A DNA stretch of 8,890 bases from Candidatus Jordarchaeales archaeon (GTDB lineage Archaea; Asgardarchaeota; Jordiarchaeia; Jordiarchaeales; Freyrarchaeaceae): positions 1-8,890 of the forward strand of contig JAWCFL010000023.1 of NCBI GenBank assembly GCA_038858525.1. Reading direction: 5' to 3'. Position numbers and translations under genes: made by a program. Below the pieces are notes generated by a model. The model was not told the DNA's origin. It worked only from the letters and a program-made list of their open reading frames with translations, and searched no databases. Shown one piece after another: positions 1 to 6,030 of this stretch. Within the stretch, counting starts at the first letter, position 1; the number at the start of each line of letters is the position of its first letter.

Positions 1-2
1 TA

Positions 3-182
3 ATAGGCGCCGGTGCTGTGGTAACGCCAAACACGCAGATTCCACCTGAAAGCATGGTTCTCGGCAACCCAGCAAAGCCCGTCAAAAAACTTGAAGACCA
101 TCACAAGCTAACGATAAAACTGAGTGCCGAAAGCTACGCTGAACTAGCTCAAAGATACAAACAGATCTTCGAACAGAAATGA
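3..182 (+). CDS. Gamma carbonic anhydrase family / hexapeptide-repeat (left-handed beta-helix) protein, C-terminal fragment (5' end outside window)
   Basis: Frame 3 reads IGAGAVVTPNTQIPPESMVLGNPAKPVKKLEDHHKLTIKLSAESYAELAQRYKQIFEQK* (TGA 180-182). IGAGAVV...IPPxSxVxGxPAK followed by a helix ending in Y..LA..Y is the typical gamma-CA/YrdA C-terminus. Not in the ORF track because it has no start in the window. Confidence 0.85.
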   Translation: MGAGAVVTPNTQIPPESMVLGNPAKPVKKLEDHHKLTIKLSAESYAELAQRYKQIFEQK

Positions 183-347
183 AGGAGCAAGTTATAAACG
201 AGGAAAATCTTCGAAGCGCCAACAAATAGCTGACTGAAGGCCGAAAAGGACGTTTACCGCCAAAAACCATGGTCAACCCTTCCTCAGCTAAATATTTTTT
301 AACTTGAACTTCCTTTTTTTAATGTAGACTCTTAGTGGTGTCCTCTC

Positions 348-683
348 ATGGTTTTGTTTAGTGAATCTCCACGCTTTTATGTGTTCAGAGGTTTGTGGGA
401 TGAGGCTGTTTCTGCTTTCTCATTTAGGCTTAGACAGGAGCTAGGAAACCTACTGCTCTGTGTGGTTGCATCTCCAAGGGAGGACGCCCAAGTGAAGGGG
501 GCGAATGTGCTTGTTGTTTTGGCTGAGGATAGGTTTGAGCTGCGGGCTAGGGTTCTCGAAGTAGCTAGGAGTGTGGGGCGTGAGGTGAAAAGCATAACAA
601 TAACGCCGTTCATAACAACAGCGGAGGACGAATATGTCATCCGCGTCTTCCAGGAAAGCTGGAAAAGGGGAACTGATGCTTAA
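348..683 (+). CDS. Minimal nucleotidyltransferase (MNT)-like protein, catalytic motifs degenerate; putative antitoxin partner of the HEPN gene
   Basis: 111 aa with the MNT layout: helix (F..RLRQELG), strand (LLCVVAS), then ANVLVVL where SDxDxLVV normally sits, helix, then ITPFI strand. Overlaps the downstream HEPN gene by 8 nt (ATG 676, TAA 681-683). T-rich TATA-like box TTTTTTTAA at 314-322 is compatible with a leaderless start. Confidence 0.62.
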   Translation: MVLFSESPRFYVFRGLWDEAVSAFSFRLRQELGNLLLCVVASPREDAQVKGANVLVVLAEDRFELRARVLEVARSVGREVKSITITPFITTAEDEYVIRVFQESWKRGTDA

Positions 684-975
684 CGAAGCCATCAGAGACC
701 TTGAAGCTGGATGTTTCAACAAAGCTACGGGAGGATTCTACTTTGCTGTTCGCTGGTTCGCCGAAAGGCTTTTGTTTAGACTTGGCGCCCCAGTACCTAG
801 AAGAGACGACAAGCTTGCAAATGCCATAGAAAACGTGGGAGCAATAGAGCCGGCAGAAATACTCCGCACCTTGTACGATTTAAGGCTCAAAGCGGACTAC
901 TCGGACCTAGAAGTAACTTCCAGCGAGGTCATTCACGCTAAAAAAACTAGCACTCAAAGCCATAAACGAACTTAG
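676..975 (+). CDS. HEPN domain protein (UPF0332/COG1895-like); C-terminus probably shifted by one base at the A7 run, natural end likely TAA 1001-1003
   Basis: From ATG 676: MLNEAIRDLEAGCFNKATGGFYFAV...LRTLYDLRLKADYS. Matches the HEPN pattern A..DL..G.Y..A....YYA and the R-x-x-A-D-Y motif. The ORF-track start at 634 lies inside the MNT gene; ATG 676 gives the usual coupled overlap. Confidence 0.8.
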   Translation: MLNEAIRDLEAGCFNKATGGFYFAVRWFAERLLFRLGAPVPRRDDKLANAIENVGAIEPAEILRTLYDLRLKADYSDLEVTSSEVIHAKKTSTQSHKRT

Positions 976-1210
976 GCAGCTTCTCGAAAAACTTGGAAGC
1001 TAAAATAGTTCGCTTCAACCATCTTAATAAGTAACTTGATAAGTGACACAAAGACCTTTCTTTAATTCTCAGTATACTAACAAAACTTTTCTTCCATTTC
1101 GAAGTCTTTAACCTGTAGTTCTGCTATGTCCTGAAAGTTCTCATAGCCTTTTTATTTTTCGCCTTCTGTTCATAAATATTCGCTAATCTATGATTCTCAT
1201 CCCTTCAAAC

Positions 1211-1224
1211 AAAATTTTTATAAA
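1211..1224 (+). promoter_or_regulatory. Probable archaeal BRE/TATA box of the thiolase gene
   Basis: AAAATTTTTATAAA with TTTATAAA at 1217-1224, about 40 nt upstream of ATG 1263. SD GGAGG at 1251-1255. Confidence 0.6.
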
Positions 1225-1230
1225 GAGAGT

Positions 1231-1251
1231 CTTTCGATGGTGTCTCGAAAG
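1231..1251. promoter_or_regulatory. Perfect inverted repeat CTTTCGA-N7-TCGAAAG, candidate operator or 5' hairpin
   Basis: CTTTCGA 1231-1237 and TCGAAAG 1245-1251 are exact reverse complements, lying between the TATA box and the SD. Confidence 0.5.
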
Positions 1252-1262
1252 GAGGCTTCAAG

Positions 1263-2513
1263 ATGGTTGAAGAAGTATATATTGTGGATTTCCTCCGGTC
1301 TCCGTATTCTAGGTCGAGGCCAACTAAGCCTGAAACCGATGTTTTTAACAAGGTTTACATGCCAGACCTGGCAGCGATGCTCGTGAGGAAAATGATTGAT
1401 AGGACAGGGATAAACCCTGAAGAGATAGGCGACATAATAACTGGCTGCACCATGCAGATGAAGGAGCAATGGCTCTACGGCGGCAGAATAGTCAACATAC
1501 TCGCCGATCTCCCAGTGAGCGTTCCAGCTCAAGGAGCGGAGCGGGTCTGCATATCAGGCATGTCCGCGATGCACCAATGCGTGATGGAGGTCGCGCTCGG
1601 CTACTCCGACATAACGATAGCGTGCGGCATAGAACACATGACTCACCTCCCAATGCAACTAGACCTCAACCCGCACTTGGGAGTCTCCCCAACGCTACTC
1701 ACGAGACAGGACCTTATAGCTAAGTATGACCTTTTCACTGCTATGAGCATGGGACTAACGGCTGAGAAGCTTTTTGCGAAGTACAAGGATGAGCTTGGCT
1801 GGACTAAGAGGGACTTAGACGAATGGGGTGTTAGGAGCCATCTGCGCGCAGCCCAAGCGCTGAAGGAGGGCTACTTTAGGAATGGCGCAGGATACCCTGA
1901 GGGGAGAAGAGACGGAGAGATAGTTCCCGTCGAAGCCGAGATGCCTGATGGTAGCAAGAGGATCATCGACACAGACCAATCAATAAGGCCTGATACTTCA
2001 CTTGAGGCTGTTGAGAAATTGCCGCCGGCCTTCAAGCCGGATGGTGTGATCACTGCGGGTAATTCGTCTCCTCTCAACGCCGGGGCGGCCGTAATGATGT
2101 TCATGTCCAAGAAGAAGATGAAGGAGTACGGCCTGGAGCCTATGGCGAAGGTCGTATCTATGGGTTGGGCTGGAGTCGACCCGAGCGTTATGGGAGAAGG
2201 CCCGGTGCCTGCATCCCGCAAAGCATTGAAGCACGCCAAGCTCGATGTTAAAGACATAGCCTTCTGGGAGATAAACGAAGCATTCGCCGTCGTGACGCTC
2301 TTCGCCATAAAGAAGTTGGGTCTTGACCCGGAAAAAGTAAACGTGAAGGGTGGAGCGATAGCCATAGGGCACCCGCTTGCGTCTTCAGGTATTAGAATCA
2401 CGGGAACCCTGGCGAGGATACTCAACATCGAAGGGGCAAAGTACGGCTGCGCGACACTGTGCGGTGGCGGCGGACAGGGAGGCGCCACAATTATAGAGAA
2501 CGTGAACGTCTAA
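1263..2513 (+). CDS. Thiolase (acetyl-CoA C-acyltransferase / 3-ketoacyl-CoA thiolase)
   Basis: 416 aa with nucleophile Cys in ERVCISGM, GIEHMT, EINEAF, GGAIAIGHP and C-terminal LCGGGGQG; AGNSSPLNAGAA also present. SD GGAGG 7 nt before ATG. Confidence 0.97.
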   Translation: MVEEVYIVDFLRSPYSRSRPTKPETDVFNKVYMPDLAAMLVRKMIDRTGINPEEIGDIITGCTMQMKEQWLYGGRIVNILADLPVSVPAQGAERVCISGMSAMHQCVMEVALGYSDITIACGIEHMTHLPMQLDLNPHLGVSPTLLTRQDLIAKYDLFTAMSMGLTAEKLFAKYKDELGWTKRDLDEWGVRSHLRAAQALKEGYFRNGAGYPEGRRDGEIVPVEAEMPDGSKRIIDTDQSIRPDTSLEAVEKLPPAFKPDGVITAGNSSPLNAGAAVMMFMSKKKMKEYGLEPMAKVVSMGWAGVDPSVMGEGPVPASRKALKHAKLDVKDIAFWEINEAFAVVTLFAIKKLGLDPEKVNVKGGAIAIGHPLASSGIRITGTLARILNIEGAKYGCATLCGGGGQGGATIIENVNV

Positions 2514-2541
2514 ATTTCTCTCTCTTTTTTCCTCGTTTTTG
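2514..2541 (+). terminator. Pyrimidine/oligo-T tract after thiolase; possible (leaky) archaeal terminator
   Basis: ATTTCTCTCTCTTTTTTCCTCGTTTTT directly after TAA 2511-2513. The next gene starts about 40 nt after the stop, so read-through is likely. Confidence 0.4.
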
Positions 2542-2552
2542 AGGGTTGAGGG

Positions 2553-3227
2553 TTGAGTTACGTTGCTTCCTGGAGCGGTGGAAAAGATAGCTGCCTTGCG
2601 TGTTATGAGGCCATGTGTAGTGGTCTCAGGATATCGCACCTGATAAACTTTGTCTATGAGGGAAGAGTCCGTTCTCATGGTGTGAGCGTCAACCTTGTGC
2701 GTCTTCAGGCTGAACTTGTAGGCATCCCTCTCGTGCAGGTTGAAACAACCTGGGAGGACTACGAGGAAAACTTCAAGAAGTCCGTTCGTTCACTCATTCC
2801 TCAAGGTGTCCGTGGCATCGTTTTCGGCGACCTCTACTTGGACGAGCATAGGAAATGGGTTGAGCGAGTATGCGGAGAGTTAGGGGTTGAGGCTGTTGAA
2901 CCTCTCTGGGGATTGAAACCTAGAGAAGTTATTTCTCGCCTTCTCGATGCGGGCTTCGAGGCTGTAATAGTTTCCGCCCGATCCAACCTTATAGGTGAAG
3001 AATGGGCTGGATGCCGCTTGAGCTGGGAGTTCATAGAGTACCTCGAGGATAGGGGAATTGACCTATGCGGGGAAAACGGCGAGTACCACACGTTGGTCGT
3101 GAATGGCCCAATATTCAGGAGGAGGCTGGAAATAAATTTTGAAGGCGTGGTTAGAGTGGATGGACGCTGGGTTGCCATGTTAAGCCCAGCCGGTGGTGAC
3201 CTTGCAGAACGTTTAGCGTTAAGGTGA
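2553..3227 (+). CDS. DUF71/COG2102 family PP-loop ATPase (diphthine-ammonia ligase-like, probably a non-Dph6 paralog)
   Basis: 224 aa, TTG start. N-terminal PP-loop SWSGGKDS, GIVFGDLYL, EPLW, and CGENGEYHT. Confidence 0.92.
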   Translation: MSYVASWSGGKDSCLACYEAMCSGLRISHLINFVYEGRVRSHGVSVNLVRLQAELVGIPLVQVETTWEDYEENFKKSVRSLIPQGVRGIVFGDLYLDEHRKWVERVCGELGVEAVEPLWGLKPREVISRLLDAGFEAVIVSARSNLIGEEWAGCRLSWEFIEYLEDRGIDLCGENGEYHTLVVNGPIFRRRLEINFEGVVRVDGRWVAMLSPAGGDLAERLALR

Positions 3228-3243
3228 ACTAACAGTTATACTT

Positions 3244-4377
3244 CTATGCCCTGTAGAACCCGTACTTCATCACTGCTTCCTTCATTGCTCTGAGGTTTTC
3301 TGGGGGTATGTTGTCCGGCAGGACGCAGGATGAGCAGAGCATGTATCCGCCTCCCTCCATACATCCTTCTATCTGCCTTCTACAGTACTCCTCGACATCC
3401 TTTGGTGCTCCAAGTGCTGTCACGTGTGGCGGTATGTTTCCCATTACGCACGCTCTATCTCCCAGAACCTCCTTGGCTTTGAATATGTCTGTCTGGTCAA
3501 GGTGGAACCATGTCTTACCTCTTGGAAACTCTGTGAAGTAGTCTAAGACGGCAGTGTAGTCGTTATCTAGGTGGAAAAGGACAATGCATCCTTTCCTTAT
3601 TATTTCGTTGGCTATTTTTTTGATGTGCGGCCAGAATAGGTCGAACCTCCTAGGTGAAATTATGTTTGTCGCGACGCGCGAAAACCCGTAGACGACTATT
3701 TTTGGCTCCGCTTCTCCCGCCGTGAACCTAATCTGTGGGTCGATTGTCGCCACCATCTCGTCGGTTGTGGCTTCGCAAGCTGCGACTAGCGTGTCGGGAA
3801 TCTCGACGACGTCTAGAAGGTACCTGTTAAAGCTTCTGAGGAAGGAGATAACGTCAACCGGTGGCTCCACGACGGCGTGCCCCATTGTCAGAACGTCCAT
3901 TTCCTTAAGCCAAGCAGAGGTATCTAGTTCTGCGTACTGTGTAGCGTACTTCACGAGTTCGCTTTCAAGCTCTGGCCTCCTCTTGAATGGAGAGAAGCCC
4001 TTATCCATTACGAGCCTGTAGTCCTCCCTTTTCATTATCTCTCTTTCAATCATTTGTTCAGGTGTGTTCCCCTTAGGTAGTTGCCAGTCAAAGTAGAGCA
4101 TGCTATGCGAGTTAGGCCATGGTAGGTAGTAGATGAGTATCGGGGAGCAGCCCGAGTATATGTCAAATCCTCCAAACATACTCCAAACTTTTTTCGTCGC
4201 TTCATAGGACTTCCTTACGTCGAAAAAGAACTCCTCTATGGTCATCCCTGTCAGTAAAGCCTGCGCTGCGTGAAAGTCCGCAATAAAAGGAACACGGTCC
4301 GGTTCCTTCAAGGCTAAAGCAGCCTCAACCCTCTCCCTCGGAGTCATAGTCTCCCTCTCATCCATCTTCAAAGGCAT
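3244..4377 (-). CDS. Uroporphyrinogen decarboxylase-fold protein of the MtaA/CmuA-like (methylcobamide:acceptor methyltransferase-like) group
   Basis: MTPRERVEAALALKEPDRVP N-terminus, FHLD, GNIPP, GGGYMLCSSC and PPENLRAM are typical of this group. No HemE RQAGR motif. Start reassigned to ATG 4377 (377 aa) because SD GAGGGGTGA lies just upstream (GGGGTGA at 4382-4388). Confidence 0.88.
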   Translation of the reverse strand: MPLKMDERETMTPRERVEAALALKEPDRVPFIADFHAAQALLTGMTIEEFFFDVRKSYEATKKVWSMFGGFDIYSGCSPILIYYLPWPNSHSMLYFDWQLPKGNTPEQMIEREIMKREDYRLVMDKGFSPFKRRPELESELVKYATQYAELDTSAWLKEMDVLTMGHAVVEPPVDVISFLRSFNRYLLDVVEIPDTLVAACEATTDEMVATIDPQIRFTAGEAEPKIVVYGFSRVATNIISPRRFDLFWPHIKKIANEIIRKGCIVLFHLDNDYTAVLDYFTEFPRGKTWFHLDQTDIFKAKEVLGDRACVMGNIPPHVTALGAPKDVEEYCRRQIEGCMEGGGYMLCSSCVLPDNIPPENLRAMKEAVMKYGFYRA

Positions 4378-4401
4378 ACTTTCACCCCTCAGCGAGATCA
4401 A

Positions 4402-4454
4402 GACAAAGAAAAGGAAGAAAAATGAAAAGAAAAGGTTTATGTGCCACCGCACAT
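4402..4454 (-). terminator. Hairpin plus long U-rich tract between the C-GCAxxG-C-C gene and the URO-D-like gene; terminator or attenuator
   Basis: Minus strand reads ATGTGC-GGTG-GCACAT (4454-4439), then AAACC, then TTTTCTTTTCATTTTTCTTCCTTTTCTTTG. Confidence 0.45.
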
Positions 4455-4513
4455 TATGGCAATTGAAAAATCCTCTTAGAGCAACAGCCTCCTCGTTTCA
4501 CCTTCTAAGGGAG

Positions 4514-5068
4514 CTAAAGACCGGCGTCCCTCCTCCTTATGAACCCTGGATTGCACTTGATGATCACTTCAACAGCCCACCGTGTAAGGTCTCCAGTCAC
4601 CCTTTGACACTCAGGCATTGCCCTACCGTTCTTCGACATTCCGAGGAACTCCATGAGCGCCTTAGGGTTACTGAGTATGTAAGCCTTCCCCCAGTTGTGG
4701 AACTGGACGTCCACACATCTTATTCCTCCATACTTCTCCTTCATTTTTTCTCCGACCTCCGCCACCGCTCTGTTAACCGTAAGCACCTTCACAACATCCC
4801 TCTCCACGTCTTCACGTGTGAAGCCGAAACTGAAGCTTATGGCAGCAGCGGCGCCAGCCATCGCCCCACACGTTCCTAGCGACATGTTTCCTGTCCCGCC
4901 AGCCAGCCCTATAGTAGCCTTCCACGCTTCGCGGACAATAGGGTCCTCGTCATACCCGAGGGTATCCATAACCGCGGCGAAGACCGTTGGAGCACATGCC
5001 CGCCACCTCGCCAGGTACTCGTAGCCTCTACGGTAAGCTTCTTCCAGAAGCTCATTTAGCGCCCTCAA
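4514..5068 (-). CDS. C-GCAxxG-C-C family putative redox-active protein
   Basis: 184 aa, TTG start with SD GGAGG at 5076-5080. Four Cys in family spacing: ACAPTV, GGTG...GTCGAMAG, IRCVDV, PECQRV. Confidence 0.9.
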   Translation of the reverse strand: MRALNELLEEAYRRGYEYLARWRACAPTVFAAVMDTLGYDEDPIVREAWKATIGLAGGTGNMSLGTCGAMAGAAAAISFSFGFTREDVERDVVKVLTVNRAVAEVGEKMKEKYGGIRCVDVQFHNWGKAYILSNPKALMEFLGMSKNGRAMPECQRVTGDLTRWAVEVIIKCNPGFIRRRDAGL

Positions 5069-5211
5069 TCTTCCGCCTCCATCAAATGAAAAGTAATTAA
5101 GGGGACTTAAGGCTGTTCGCCACTTGGCGCAGGCATAGCCTTCAAAGCTGGAAAACTATTTTTGTCTTTTCAGCATAGTTCACGTGGCAAAAATTGAGGA
5201 AGTGAATTTAG
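5069..5211. promoter_or_regulatory. Divergent promoter region between the C-GCAxxG-C-C and DUF169 genes
   Basis: 143-bp head-to-head gap. Minus-strand TATA-like AGCCTTAAGT (about 5114-5105), plus-strand AAAACTATTTTTG (about 5152-5164), SD-like GAGGAAGTGA before TTG 5212, and palindrome CGCCA-CT-TGGCG at 5118-5129. Confidence 0.5.
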
Positions 5212-6027
5212 TTGGAAAGCAAAATTGCTAAGGCCTTAAGGTTGAGGCATGAGCCCGTCGCGGTTTTCTGGACCGACGAGAAACCTGAAGGTGCTGCCCA
5301 GTTCAGGGAGGGCGAGCGGGGTTGCGTCATGTGGATGCTCGCGAGGGCGGCTATGGGCGAAACCGTTGTGTTTGATAGGAATACTGCTGGTTGTCCGGGT
5401 GGTGCAACGGGGTTGGGCTTCGGAAACTGGTATGAGAAGTTCCCCGGGGGATTAGAGGGTTTCTGCTACTTTTTATCCATTGGGTTTGAGCAGTGGGAAA
5501 GGGGAAGGGAGATCTTAAAGAAGATTAAAGCTGAGGGGTCTAGGCTTGAAAAGATTGTTCATGGGGAAAGGTACAAGAAGACGCCTGACCTGGTTAAACG
5601 TTTCCTCGACCAACTACCAGTAATAGACCTTCCGAAAAGCTACGTTGTTTTTAAGCCGCTGAGCAGAGTTGGAGTAGATGAGGAGTTCGTGGTGGTTGTT
5701 TTCGTGGTCAACCCGCACCAGCTCTCTGCCCTCATAGTGCTAGCGAACTATGGCAGGGACAGCTGTGACAACGTCATCGCCCCCATGGGGGCAGGATGCC
5801 ACCAGATTGGAGTATACGCCTACAAGGAGGCTGCATCGGAGAGGCAGAGGGCAGTAATCGGGTTAACCGACTTGGACGCGAGAATGAATGTTAGAACCCT
5901 CCTCGGAGACGACATCCTAACATTCACTGTCCCATACGAAATGTTCAAGGAGATGGAAGAAAACGTGGAAGGCAGCTTTCTAGAGGCTGGAACATGGATA
6001 GAAATCCGGAAGCACCTGGAGGAGTGA
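5212..6027 (+). CDS. DUF169 domain protein
   Basis: 271 aa, TTG start. LRLRHEPVAV, GCVM, GCPGGATGLG, NPHQLSAL..LANY, GAGC, AVIGLTDLDAR and LTFTVPY...EM..N..GSFL match my recollection of DUF169 family features. Confidence 0.82.
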   Translation: MESKIAKALRLRHEPVAVFWTDEKPEGAAQFREGERGCVMWMLARAAMGETVVFDRNTAGCPGGATGLGFGNWYEKFPGGLEGFCYFLSIGFEQWERGREILKKIKAEGSRLEKIVHGERYKKTPDLVKRFLDQLPVIDLPKSYVVFKPLSRVGVDEEFVVVVFVVNPHQLSALIVLANYGRDSCDNVIAPMGAGCHQIGVYAYKEAASERQRAVIGLTDLDARMNVRTLLGDDILTFTVPYEMFKEMEENVEGSFLEAGTWIEIRKHLEE

Positions 6028-6030
6028 TCG

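Noticed and set aside
179-229. 16-aa ORF MKEQVINEENLRSANK overlapping the gamma-CA stop (ATGA)
   Set aside because: ATGA overlaps arise easily by chance; too short, and reading through the TAG gives nothing recognisable.
82-276. 64-aa minus-strand ORF
   Set aside because: Half of it is antisense to the gamma-CA gene and it has no recognisable motif; probably a shadow ORF, although a weak SD-like GAGGAAGGG precedes it.
1077-1145. Protein-like minus-strand fragment YENFQDIAELQVKDFEMEEKFC in the AT-rich gap
   Set aside because: No start codon and no family match by eye; a pseudogene remnant cannot be supported without tblastn.
1218-2678. Alternative-frame and antisense ORFs over the thiolase (1218-1532, 1469-1723, 1871-2488, 1998-2372, 2385-2678)
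   Set aside because: Shadow ORFs of a well-supported gene; no motifs or SD.
2553-3227. Arg codon shift: 10 of 20 Arg codons are CGN (5 CGT) in the DUF71 gene versus 4 of 19 (0 CGT) in the thiolase, hinting at lateral origin
   Set aside because: Sample too small; needs genome-wide codon usage and phylogeny.
3225-3246. Tight convergent junction (16 nt) between the DUF71 and URO-D-like genes
   Set aside because: Ordinary for compact archaeal genomes; no extra structure seen.
4378-4452. Hydrophobic, signal-peptide-like 25-aa extension (MRWHINLFFSFFFLFF...) on the URO-D-like ORF
   Set aside because: It is the translation of the T-rich tract. There is no SD for GTG 4452, and a strong SD sits before ATG 4377.
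4439-5024. Plus-strand ORFs 4439-4879 and 4695-5024
   Set aside because: Antisense shadows of the C-GCAxxG-C-C gene; the first ATG lies inside the TATA-like/palindromic element.
4514-5068. Selenocysteine or pyrrolysine recoding in the redox or methyltransferase-like genes
   Set aside because: All motif positions are plain Cys and there are no in-frame TGA/TAG interruptions.
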